64,000 nucleotides of DNA from Pocillopora damicornis (lineage: Eukaryota), in assembly GCF_003704095.1 (NCBI RefSeq), contig NW_020845578.1:248001-312000 (forward strand), written 5' to 3'. Both the position numbers and the translations under genes were made by a program. Below the pieces are notes generated by a model. That model had not been told where the DNA came from and did not search any database. It was given only the letters and a program-made list of their open reading frames with translations. Below are positions 1 to 13,300 of this stretch, piece after piece (positions within the stretch are counted from its first letter, which is position 1; every line of letters begins with the position of its first letter).

Positions 1-999
1 ACTGAGCACGGCCTCAATAGCCAAGTGAAACGAAGCCCAGTAGAACGGCGCCGTCTTTACAATCCCTTGTCAAAAAAGGGGAATTTAAATCGATGGATAT
101 AACAATAAACGGATATAGCAATAAATGAGAGAGTGAAAAAACATATAAAAGGCACACATTTACTGCTTTCTAAAACTCACAACGGAGCGTTTTAAGGACG
201 CACCGTTATGAAGGAGGAAACGTTCTTACCATAACCTAAATAGAACAAAGTCGTCTATAAATGGCTTGTAAGAGAAAGTTCATTAGCTGGCCATATATAT
301 AATAATGAAACTGCACCGATAATAGCCAAACGACATGCCACGGTATCATTCGATATAATTCGTTGTCGAAGATTCAGACTGGCAATATGATAATCGATCT
401 AGGACGATCTAGAATGAATAGTGACCTTTTATATTGTGAGACAAACGATAATTCGTTCATTTATTTTTAACTACGACCTGAACAACTAACGTTCCTTTTG
501 AAAGTATATCCAAATTAATTACCAGTACATTGATTCTTAAATCTTCATAGACCTTTCTTCTCAAACATAGTCAACTCCGACATGTTTCACATTTTTACAA
601 TCCTGAGGAACCCATCGTTCTGTTCATCTGTGCTTAACATATGCACGGTGAGAGGAATATTAAAACACCTAAATTGGAGTAGCCTCCAGCACCCGGGGAT
701 CATTGAGTTTGTTTTCTATTTAAATGCTCAGCCCTGGGATCTAGATCCTTACCCTTTCGACTCATGGGTTCAACGTGCCAATTTTTGAGCAGCTACTTAC
801 TATTTTTATATAGACGGCACATTATTTATACTATGCCACGTGTTGCGACATTGAAGGAAAGACAGCAGAATTGTTTGGTGACAAGCCACGGCGTCTATCG
901 CACTGTCACATCCACCATTAAAATACATTCCCTTTCTATCCGATTTAAAAATAGTTTGAAAAAAATCATAAAATCCCATCACACTTTACTCAAGCAAAA

Positions 1000-1172
1000 G
1001 CCTGACTTGCGTTCATTTTCGACCATTATCATTGTTAACGCGATTTATCAAACTAGTTTGGTATACGACCCCGTCAGTTGATCGCCATACAGTATGGTGA
1101 TCAACTGACGAGGTCGTAGTCGAGACTAGTTTTGTAAGCAGTATTAGGGTCGAAAGTAAACGCAAATCAGGC
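1000..1172. repeat. Nested imperfect palindrome (foldback, mini-MITE-like)
   Basis: Inner arms 1052-1090 (actagtttggtatacgaccccgtcagttgatcgccatac) and 1092-1130 are near-perfect reverse complements around a 1-nt centre at 1091. Outer arms 1000-1030 and 1141-1172 are also inverted copies. Confidence 0.8.
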
Positions 1173-3284
1173 AGGGTTTTTTTCCGATTTAAAATTTACG
1201 ACAAAAGCGCTTAAGAGCAATTTTTCTGTCATTTGTCATCGAAATATTATAGGAAAAGGGTAGAAAAATAGATAAAGTACACACCTTTACACCAGTTTTC
1301 GTTCACTGCAAAAATTTAGCCCGAGAAGTAATCGCGTGCGCCAGTTACCTTTTTGAATTCGCGGAGTATAAACAACTATGCTGTTTCGATAGTGGTATGC
1401 AGCAAAAATATAATTGGATTGTTCTTGTAAGTTTTGTACTGTTAGTGTTGAAAGTAAACGCCAATTAGGGTTTTTTCGATTTCAAGTTTACGACACGTAT
1501 TAACCTACCTTGAAATTGGAGGCGAACTTTTCATTGCAAAGCAGATGAAGCTCGTTAGATAAAATCATGAAGCAAAGTGCTTCTTTAGCTTTCTTGGTAA
1601 CAATTATTTACAGGGGTCATCAGGTTAAGTCACTTAAGTGTTTCAGTTTGTTTATCCAGATGTCCTTACCTACAAAAAAAAAAAAGGATTGATTCAGTTT
1701 TATCGTGTTCATATCAGCTATTCAAAAGGAAAATTTAGTCTTCCTCTCCAACTCAATACCCAAAAAAAAAGCTACAAAGCGATCGAAACAGTATTCGAAA
1801 ATATTCGCAGGGTGTCTCCTTCTACAATACTGATTGATGTTTGTAAAAAAAAACTGGTCTCACTAACTATGGGCCGCTTGTACTGATGTTGACCTTAAGA
1901 TATTTATTTTGGTGTATTCACAATATTGAATGTGAAAAAGAAAACAGTTGATGACCACCTTTATTCCTCCTATCAGTCGCTGACTGTTAATTAGATATAC
2001 GTTGAAACATGTCTAGCCACTCAAAAATTATAAACACTTCCAGGGTTCTTTAACCGACCGTCATGAGATGTCTTTAGTTCATAGTAAATCCCATCAAATA
2101 CTGAATTCAGATTGGCGCTAAAACCATTAAATTCCAATGATGAATTTAGAAACAGCTGGAATAAACATAATTAGATACATTATCTACTCAAAACTTCATA
2201 ACGTTATCATTACTTTAAAGCTCCGGAAATGATCTCGGACCGTAAATGAACCAAATTGCCTATGTTCCTGCTTTTTAATTTTTTTTTCCTTTGGTGTGTT
2301 TTTTCCCCTTAGTCTAAGGCTGCATTCTTAAGGGATCCATTCTCTTCTCTCCTAGACTGGAGCTAGACAAAGCAAATTTCCTCCGGCTTCTAATTCCTAG
2401 AGACTAATCTCGGTAACCGTCCCTCGTGAAGATTCAAAACTCAATCAGTTTCGGTTACACGATTTTCTTATTCAAACAAGGTGTAGAGACCTCTTGGTTG
2501 AGTTAGTCGTTACCACTGAGATTCTTATGATTTTGCTACTCACTAGAACCCTATGGATGAAATATGAATATTGACTTTCGTAAAAAAGCGCGAATGTAAT
2601 CAGCCTTTATAGGAACTTTAAATTGACTTTAATTGAAAGATTTAGGTTAGAATTTAAAACAGCCCGTAATTTTTGCCATGATCCTATTGGATTTAACATT
2701 CCAACGAAAGGTCCAAAGCTAATTTATCGACAGATAGTAACTAATTAAATCAGATAATCAAGCTGTTTGTGATCTTTGATATCAAGGTGGTTTTTTTATG
2801 TTAAAATACACTGACGGTAGAAGGTTGTACCGCACTCGCCGTTTTTCCTTCATGTTAGTTGTATTGTGAATTAAAATATTGCATTTGGTACCAATAAAAC
2901 AACAAGTTCAATGATTTGGGCACCATTTCTTAAACTAGAAAACAAAACAAAAAAGTACAAAAGAGTTATTCCATTGACTTGTTTGGCCTCATTTCCCTGA
3001 CAGCTATCGTCGTTATGTTTAACAGAAAAGAACATGATGGGGAGTTACTCGAAAACTTTCTCAATAAAAATATTGATTTCTCGCGCAATCTTTACACCCA
3101 TTCAAAACACAACGTTAAGGTGATTTACACCCTTTTAAACTTTAATTGTTTATTTTGATTTTCCCATAATTTGGAGCAGTGCGATGAACACCTCCTTGTT
3201 CTGTCGCACTCCGTGATAATCGACTCACTTTGGTATAAACTAAGTATAGATGATCGGAAGGCCAGTAAACCCGATGATAGCTCT

Positions 3285-3365
3285 TAATATTGTCAATAAT
3301 ATTGATAATGATGGTAACGATAATAATACTGCTAATAATTTATTATCATTATTGTTATTATTATG
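3285..3365. repeat. Degenerate (AAT/ATT)n low-complexity tract
   Basis: aataatattgataatgatggtaacgataataatactgctaataatttattatcattattg. Confidence 0.7.
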
Positions 3366-5493
3366 GACGGAAAGGACAGCTATCAATTGTTCCACTTGTC
3401 CTCCAACCATCTATACAAAGTTTATTACAAAGAGCGACGACGAGAGAATATACTCTCCTGGCGACGATTATTACTAAGTGCGACAGATCACTTCTTCCCT
3501 CGACTCAGGGAATAAGTGCCCTCGCCCCCTTTTCTAACGAGCGCCTCGGGCGCTTTTGTCGAGAACTTATAGGACGGTAAGAAAACGATCAGGGTACTTG
3601 TGGAGTTGAAGATTCTACACATGTCACGGATGTTTCAAACTTAGACGCTTACGAAACAACGTCGTTTGACTTTCCCCTACAGCCCTAAGGAGCACAATTG
3701 ACACCATACCTACAGGTAATGATTTTCACTTCCGCATCTTTGATTGACAGATTTAAAGAAACGAAAAAATATACATTTTTACATACACACAGTAATGCTT
3801 ACGCGTAATTTGTTATAGCTTGAAGGGATAATATGTACCCAGTCACCAGACATACTTAATTTTGTAGGATTTCTTAAGGCAATAAATGTGTGATGCTGGT
3901 GTTTTTATCACTTGACCACAAATTACAATAGCTTGCTTGGGAAGAAGTACGTTGCCTTACGGTGTAATATCAATATGTTTCATCGAAGAATTAATTCTGC
4001 CTATTTTTCCGCTGAAAGGTGGTCAACCACTAATTAATTTTCGTTTATTTAGGGAAGGTCGTGCCCTTAAATCGCTTGTTTCTTTCGTTGGAGGTGGGAA
4101 AGAAGTGAAGCTCGTCGCCGTGATAAACATTATAATTTTTTGTGCCAGAAAGCAACCACAAAGTAGTTCTTAATTAGTCAAGGAGAGAGCACTTGATGAG
4201 AAATATATGTTCCAATTCTCTGTGCAGACAAAACGGCGGAAGGATTTACATCTTCACTATACATGGTCGCGCAGACATGTGAGTAATTATGGACGCCAGG
4301 TCAAAAAGCGTCGAGCGGACTGGATGGAAATCAGCGCTATGCAAAACAGGATAAGACTCATAATTTCTAAACTAAACCTATGGAATATTAATTAGTGGAA
4401 ATAATACCTTTAGCATTGAAATTTTCCCACCCCGTTTGAAAATTTTCCTTAAAGCTTTCGTCTTTGCGGAATACCTTTTCTAACATGTTTAGCCGTCTTA
4501 GTTCCAAGGCTTGGATTGACTGCATATCTTTGGACGAATTTCAGCTTCGACTAGCACTGTTGACAGCTATCGCTCTGTATTTTCTATTATCCAAAGTAAT
4601 TGAAGCACCTGAGATCTTGATCCAATTTCTCACAGCAACTTATGTCGATCGCAAACCGCGGCAAAACTAGTCAGGTCCATCTCAGAGACCGAGCAAAAGA
4701 TTATCTGGAAGCTCCTCTTTTTCATCCACCGAGCACGCCCTTCGTAGAAGATTAAATAACTCAAAATCCTGTTTTTCAGAATTCTGTTATTCGTGTTCTT
4801 CGGCAGATGTCTCCCTTTCCTCGAAATACGTACGTTTTGTTAAAATATTTGATCAAGTAATAAATATGACTGTTGACACATTTGCATCGTTCTCGACGAG
4901 ACACAGGTAGAAACTTGACAACCTAAAGTGCGTATTGTTCTAACGTCTTTCTAAGAGCCTGATAAGTCTTTGCTTAAAAGTTCTAGCTTTTCCGATAATT
5001 GAAAATAAAACAATGCTATTTTAAGTCAGTGTCAAATATTACGCAAGGTTGTCAACTAAACTAAAGACAAAGCCCTAATCCGGAAAATTAATACAATGTA
5101 AAGGCAACACGAATGAGTCGGCTGTCAGTGTTTATCCAAGCCCCTGCCCCCCCTCTCTTTAAGAAAAACATATTTGACGCAAATTTCGTATCAGGTCAAA
5201 ATGGCATGGCGTGGAAAAGTATAACGAGTGACTGTTGTATACGTTTTAACGATGAATTTATGGAATTTCTCTGTTTTTTAATTTCCAGTTGAAACCTCTG
5301 GGACCAAATGAACGAGTTACCTGTACAACAACTTGTTTAATACGCTGGGGTGAAAGGTAATTAAGGATAGATGATTTGATTAAAATTAGAAATGTTATAA
5401 TTGATACGCATCGTCAAATTTTTTTTATCAAAGAGCTGGGAAGTGAAGCTTGAAGAGTATTTCAAGCCACACTTTTCTTTATTTGTCTAGCTA

Positions 5494-5906
5494 CAGTCAA
5501 ACCTGTATTAAGCGGTCGGCCACATGGAATGGTGACTGCTTAATACTGGTTCCAAAGAATAAGGGTGAAATAAAAAACGGTAAAAAACGCCATTTTATAC
5601 CATAATTCACCTCTAAATGTACTCGCTCAAAATAACTACGAACATCGATTTTGGCTGAAAAGTATGGATTGAATTCTACTTGAAAGATTATTCTTGGTTT
5701 TATTTGAGTAGTTCGGCTTTAAGTGATCGCTAAATACATGTGGAAGACAAAACAAACAGGCCGTTGGGATTCACTCAAAGGTGTCGGCGACCGCTTAATA
5801 GAAGTAAAAATTATAGTGATATGAGGAAACAAATTTGGGATTTGGCGATGGACTGCTTGATACAGGGTGACAGCAGATTCGACGCCGTTTGATACAGGTT
5901 CGACTA
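5494..5906. mobile_element. Tc1/mariner-pogo type MITE, copy 1
   Basis: Left end ta|cagtcaaacctgtattaagcgg; right end ...gatacaggttcgacta (decayed). Internal aaaaaacggtaaaaaacgccattttatac occurs inverted in the copy at 21356-21732. Confidence 0.75.
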
Positions 5907-7124
5907 TGTCCCGAGCATTGCCGAACCTACTGAATGCAAACATCACGCCGAATTCACTGAATGGCCCGGCACTGCTGCCGAGTGAATTGCCCACTGGGCT
6001 TTATAATACAGTGTTTCGGTAACGTAATTATATTATGGACTTCAAAAAGTGCATTGGAGTAACCCTTCTTAATTCCGCTGAAATTACCACCCTGTAGGCT
6101 GGGCATCCTGCCCAATTAGCCTTAAGGTTGTTATGAATCCCTAAGAGCATGAAGGGATGTATCGCTGGCAGTTAGGTATTCTACTTCGACTACTGTTACT
6201 ACTACTACCACCACTACTACTACTACTTCTTCCTTTAGGAAGTCTGTAAAGACCTCCAAGAAGTAAATTTTCATAAGAAACAACCGTAAGATGAACCACC
6301 AAAGGAGTTTTCTAACTTAGCCAAAAGTTAGGAGAGAGGAAGGTGGACATCAAGGGCTGTTTAGCAGTTCCACCAATCGAATAAGTGTTTTGACAACCTG
6401 ACTTGCTCGAAGGGGCTAAAAATTATGAAAGAAACAAAAGTTGTCCTCCTGGCTGCCCAAGGCTAAGAAGAAAACATCACTAGCTTATGCACACATGCTC
6501 GACGAATAAAGGAGATCAACTCCAACTGTTTAATGTTCGGGAAAGCGATACAATCTTTCAAGCCTTCAGTCCTTACTAAGCTGGGAGATATGCACGAATG
6601 GTAAAAATCCAATAGGCGACAAGTTTGGTGATCATTGTTTATTTTTTGTTCAATTTTTTATTATTGGTATCTCCATTACGTGTATTACCAGGTTGTTATT
6701 ATATGATAAAAAGAATAAGATATCAACTATGCGCAATGAGTATATATAATATATATAAGTATATATGTTGGCAAAAGCAAGAATGAAGAAGGACACGGTA
6801 TAGTTAAAACTAGTTAAGGCCCTTAAACAATGACAATCCTACATGTTTCCTTATTTCCATAAAGGAAAAAGGTAACAATAACAACAACAACGCATTCCAC
6901 ACATGCTCCTGATAAGGTTACGGAGCGAGTGGGGAGGCAAAATTCTGGGCAATTTTACAGTGCGACGACATAGGGCACTCCACACAGAATTAACCCCGCG
7001 ATCTCATTAGTATTTGTGATCTTTGCTTGCTTCTGAGAAGAATCTCAGGAGACTTAAGTTGTAAGCTTGGACGACAAGAGCAAATAATTATCTGGCGACA
7101 GCATGAGATAACCATGAAGAAGAT

Positions 7125-7320
7125 CATGATGATAATAATAATCATTTTGCAATATTAATAATGAAGATGATAATGATAGTAATAATTATCATAATAAAGC
7201 GATAACGATAATAGTATTTATGATTATAATAATAATAATGACAGTCATAATAATAATAATACTAATAATAATGTGATAATGATAATAATGATGATGATGG
7301 TGATAATGACAATGATAGAA
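7125..7320. repeat. (AAT/GAT)n microsatellite-like tract
   Basis: gataataataatcatt...aataataatgacagtcataataataataatactaataataatg...gatgatgatggtgataatgac. Confidence 0.85.
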
Positions 7321-10300
7321 ATCATAGTGGAAATAACCAAAGCTAATGGACTGTTTCTTTATGTGTGATTTCGAAACTCGGTTAGAAAAATACTGGTAGT
7401 TGGAAGATCACGGGTTCCTTCTAAGCTCGGGATCACGGTTTTCGGAAATTTTCTGGCAATAACAACAACTTGTTGTTTTATAGAATATATGGTCTCTTTA
7501 CGTTTTCAAATTATCAGCGAAAGTCCGCTTTTATATTTCATGAGTAATAGACATCATCGTATTATGAAGAAGAAAATTTTGCACTCCTCATATACCGTAA
7601 TTGTAAACCTCGGAAACAGCGGTGAACACTAGAAACATTATGGAGTCTTTTGTCTTTCGAAGAATAGAGCCAATCAGGATCAGAAAACTAACCGTAAACA
7701 GTAACGGTGATTATTTTTCTGATTTTGAGGTTTGCCTGCCTGTCCTGAACTTTATTTTTATCATCAGTAATCTACTGACGTGCCAAAATCAAATCAAAGT
7801 GCTCGAGGCTTTGGAGTATCACCGAAAATTTTCAAATCTGTTGGAACTCATTTTTAAGAATGATTTAATATTTTTTATATTTATGGAAAAATAATCCCGC
7901 ACTGATGCAAGGCTGTTAATGCCATAACGCATTTTCCTGACACTGTTTAATCGTCGGCATTAAAGAAAACAAAAAAGAGAACGTGTGTCTGTCTTGATTT
8001 TTATATCCATTTACTTCCCACTCAATTCGAAGATGAGGAGAACTTCCGAAATTTATTTGTGAGGTACATATCTCTCGGAAGAGGCCCCAACAGAAACCAC
8101 CAATTTATTTTGAACCAAGCGCAAATTAGCAAAAATAATCAACGTACCGTGCGGTTTTCAAAACATCTCATCTGTGTGACAGCTTTGCAAAGAGGATTGC
8201 TTTCCATATTACAAATTAAGTATTCGTGTTTGAAAAATGTAATCGCCATACCAAACAACTATTTTCTTTAACCTGATCCGGGTCGTCTTGTTTATGAGCT
8301 CGAGATACAGTTTACAAAAGGAGAAGTACAATATTCGTGTAAGAAAAGGATGAAATTACTTTGTTTGGATAAGACGTGGTTGTACATGATTCCTATAAGT
8401 ATTGCTAGCAGCTGTATCCGGCGAAGAACGAGGTGTTACAAGGGTTGAAACATAGGGCTCTAATTGTCTCTCTTCTGAAGCATTGTTTTGGTTCGCGAAG
8501 ATTTCCTAAAAATATCACCGTACAGCAACTCACAATCAATAAGGGCGATATTCAACAAAGACCATAAGAATATTTTTTCGATATGGAAAAGTGGGCAGCT
8601 ATCAGATGGTTTTTTTATTTCAAGCTGTAATCCCTGAGAATATGCTCATTCGTTGAAAACCGTGGATGACAAGGTGAGTCGGCAAACTTGTCGCATCTAG
8701 ACATGATACTTTCAGAAAGTATGAGATTTTAAAACAAGACTTTTACTTGTATAAATCTTTCACAGATTATAAAAAATCTTCCATTTGCAAATAGTATTTT
8801 CGTTCTTGAGGATGCTTGTCAAAAACTTTGGAAATTTCTTGCCTGCTTGCAGCTTTTTTAACGAAAAGTATTGAAAAGATTCTTCTAGGTATTCAAAAAT
8901 GGCGGTGTTCTCAATGACGCGCTATTCGCACTTAAGGGAGAAACAATCATTGCGACATTTATTCATAATACGGAGCTTTCCTGTCGGCTGTCAGAGCTAA
9001 TTTGCCGGAAGGATTAAAGTCTTCTTTCAAGTCTGCAAAAGTAAACATTTGTTTCATTCATAGTTCGAGCGCAAGGAAATGATGTCTTAAAAGATATCAT
9101 CGACGCATCTAGACGTGATACTTCCAGAAAGAATGATGGTTTAAAAAAGGAATCCCTGGTCAAGCACGGGATACGACATTCATACTCTTTTTGTCATTTT
9201 TAGCCTGATAATATACAGCTTATCAAGCCAGATCTGATGATACCTTATCGGTATCGAGTCGTTTACTAAGCATATCCTCTATGTTGTGGTTTAATGGCAA
9301 CTTTTCCTTTTTTGTTCCTGTGTCCGATAATACGAAATGTAATATGAAAATTTCAACAAACTACAAGATTGTTTTCTTTTAAATGAGGGCATAGCATACA
9401 TAGTATGCCCAGGATGCACTATAAGTTCGTGCGAAAAAACTAAGGAACCTTTGAGCGAGCGAAGATCTGCATATGCAAACGTCTTACCCTTTCCGTTGTA
9501 TTTATCAGCCTCCGAATATCACTTTCCTTGTTGTGTGATTGTGTGATTCAAGGGAAAATACTGAAATTTAGAATATCTTCAATTTTTAACAAAAGAACAT
9601 TGTCATGCGGCTTATCAAAGGCTCACCTGAATTCTACGGCATTTTCCGTATGCAATCCGACGGCAACGCGGTTGAAGCGGAAATGAGCGTAAACAATCGC
9701 TTGAATATATGATTATTTAAGGACCCAAGAAACGTTGCTACAGCCGAAGGAGAATGATTATGGGAGTTACCTCCCGAATCCGCGCGCATAATCTTCAAGC
9801 TCCTTTCCGAAACAAGCACTTTTTGATGAAAAATATACCAATTTTCACGAGTCATACGTCCAATTATAAGATACGATATTACACGCGTGTATTTATCGGA
9901 TAATAAAACAGCCAAACTGCGCATGTTTCTGATCTTACAGACGACAAATAAAGAATTTTCTCCGCTATTGTTAAGAATAGTGCTGCTGGATCGTTGAGGT
10001 TCTCCGGCAGTTAAGAATCCATAAAGGCTACGTTTGAGCAGAGCTGAATATTTGATGAACTCGATTCACTATTTGAGAAATGAAATTTATAGTTGTAGAT
10101 GATATGCAAGTGTAAACTGAGTCAGTAAAAATCACCTGAACTATTCTCCGTAAAGCTCAACCAAGTAACTAATATCTATACCAGAAGTAGAAGCATAAAG
10201 AATCAACAACAATTTCAGTCAAGTAAACAACTATGCTGCCTTTAAAATATACTGAAAAAAAGATACTCGTGTGCAAAGTTTATCTTTGGAACTGAAGAAT

Positions 10301-13300
10301 CATTTTGGTAGTTTCATTTTACGTTTTGGGCCAGGGCACGAACTAAAAACACCCGTATAACACAATTGTCGGGTTTAAATGATCTTGAAAAAAAAATCCC
10401 CTCTTTTGACTCAAAAAAAATAAAATTCAAATTTTAAAAAAAAAAAAAAAAACGTTTCTCTTGGTGCGAGTTACTTAAATGCAATTTCATTTATGCAATA
10501 TTTCTATGATGTTCCTGATAGGGTTATCCCACGATTTCACAATTATTATCGAGAGAAGTATATTCTATCAGGTCTAGAACAGTTCTCCAAACTAATACAT
10601 CTGCGATAAGTTCAATGTAACTGACGTGTCAGTGGTGTGTCCGCACTTATCAGGTTACACTCTTAACAATCAACAGCAGTGACGAATGAGGTTGCCAACA
10701 CCATCTGTCATAAACGGCTCTTGGTTATCTTTAAATAATTTGACACAGGTGACACATGGTATGGCAGATACATGTATGACGAACCAGGCTTTGAAAGGTT
10801 TTTGTATCACACTCCCCACACAAGGCTGTAATACAAAACATTTTAATAAAAGCTCGAAGGTCTATCAAGACAACTTCTTAACAGGACTTATTACCCCACA
10901 ATTCTCGATCCTCTTCGTATGCATCCAGCTATGCAACTAATTCAAAATAAAGGCTATCAGTTTTTAATCTGACTCTCGCAGAAATATTCCCATAATTTGA
11001 AACAATCCCATAAAAAAAACCTGTTCCGTTCCCACAAAGGAAATGTGGTAATTCTAACTTTGCCTTCCACGATTCAAACCGCGATAGTTTTGCTCTTGGT
11101 GAACGTGAGCAAAAATCTCTTTCTGAAAGGATTATCAAACGTAAAAGCTTTTCTGTTATTTCAGGAGGGCAGAAACCGAATTCTCACTGTTGGATCAAGA
11201 CGAGACTTTGTGTCAGGAGCCATTTAGGGTGAGTAGCAGTGTTCTATGTGATCTCACAAAAAAAGCGAGAATTAACCTAAACATCGAATTGAATATGTTT
11301 AACGACTCGCGTAAATGACTTTTTAAAAGTTCTAGTACACCCACATAGCTTAAGTGCGAGTGGTACGCGTCTCCTTTTAACTGACTCCCTGACGACTGAA
11401 CAACCATTTCTGTAAAAAACTATAAATAATTAAGGCAATATTTATTTGATGATTGATTAAACGAGCAGCTTGGGTCATAGTGGTCGGAATGGTTTACCGG
11501 TAAAATAATGTTAACATATAGTGTTACCGCTACATCGCATTAACTACGATTCAATCTGAGACTTTTTGTCTTGGAGTAAGCCTCAATTTTTGATAGTAAA
11601 TCGATCATTCAACAATAATTTTTCATTTTTGTTTGTGTAAAGGTTCAAAGCCTAACTCAAAGACGTTTCTCATAATGACGTGAGACGAAGTATTTCCAAC
11701 TAACCAAACTGATTTAAGACTCTTCAGTTGACAATTTACCGTTAAAACTATCAGACGACGTAAAATAAGTCGTCATACAAAGTATTGGATGTTTTGCAAA
11801 AATATTTGAAAAAGAAAGGGTTTTTTTTTTAAATGACACTCTTATTCGTCTGTCTTTGGTTTCTAATCACTAAATTTTAGTGCCCAGCCTTCTAATTTCT
11901 CTCTCGAATCCATCGACAGAGCCACGTTCACAGGTCACAATCAGTTCATCTAGATGCTGCCACCAATTAAATGCGAAAACTGCAGCGAAATGCGATTTTG
12001 TTCATAGCAATAAGCTTTCTCCCAAAAGGGAACCGGGGCTCGCTCTTGTCTGGTCCTGTCTATCACATTGTTTGCTTTGTCTCCATCGTTAGTGAAAGTT
12101 TATTGAAAGGTTTATGCTCGTCACGGATGTGAACTCTCCTGCGTTGCATGACCCATGAGATGGTTTCGGACTCCTCTTTGGTATGTTCCTATAAAGTTAT
12201 CGTATTGATATATGTGTGATGGACAATGAAAGTAACGCTAATGTACTCCAGAAAACAAATAGACAAACAAACTAAAATATACAAAAAGTCTAAATTGACG
12301 AGAAGAATAATATACACGAATCATGTTATATAGCAAACACTCCGAACAAGAATCCACAATAAATGAAACGGACATTGATTGTACAATTCTAAATTTTTGG
12401 ATTTCTCTTTCATTTTTGTTTTATCATACTACATACTGATTCAACTGTCGCGACAGAAAGAGGGCAGACCACTTAAGCAAAGCAAAAACAAAAAATTGTA
12501 CTGTAGAAAAAATAAGAGTAAGTGTAAGGAATTTATAGCAATGTAAAAATGAATTACGCTATACTTTGTTTACTGAGAAGGCCTAAAATCCCCCAAATAA
12601 GCAAGACTGCATGCACAACGTGAAGTAAAAGAAAAAATTAATGAATAAAAAATATATCCTGTAATTGCCTAAAACAAGCTTACCGTTGCCAATCAGTGAG
12701 GACACGTGTCTTCTTCACTTAGTGCCGACTTGAAGGAAGTCTTCCATTGATCCAAAGTCCAATTTCCGAGTTGTTGATCTTCGATGGTGGTGACGAGATT
12801 TACATCTGAAATATCAAACTAAATGATTTACATTTCTGATGGAATGGGAAGACGTTTGCGTGGGAAGCTATGACGATGAGATTTTGAAATAGATTGAACG
12901 TCCTTGGCTTCTACCTAAATCGGAAATGTTTATCCTTCATTTTTAAGGGGAAAAAGTAGACTCCACAAAGTCGGTAACTTTATTCCTGCTTCTGTATCAA
13001 TTTTTTTTCCAAAATCAGATGTCTGTATAGAAATTCATAAAACCGTAGACTGGCATCTTTAGACAGGAAGAAATGACAACTTTGTAGCCTACAGGGAATG
13101 TTAGGAGGAAAATTAATGAAGTAAAAGCTAACTTATAATTTCCAAATGTGTGATGAATAAGCGAAACATATTAAACAGTAAAGCATATGATAATTTCAAA
13201 CATGCCCCATGTATTAAGCGGGAAAGCATTCGGATGCGCCCATATCATTGCTCCTGAAGCCTCAGAGAAGCGTTTTGGCAATTTGGCAATTTGGTCGAAA

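Noticed and set aside
6240-6650. Possible LINE reverse-transcriptase remnant (LLAKLEN..GGS on the minus strand)
   Set aside because: Match too short and degenerate to support without a search.
8692-9148. ~45-bp direct repeat pair (gcatctagac.tgatact..cagaaag)
   Set aside because: Short and diverged, with no associated TSD, LTR or ORF.
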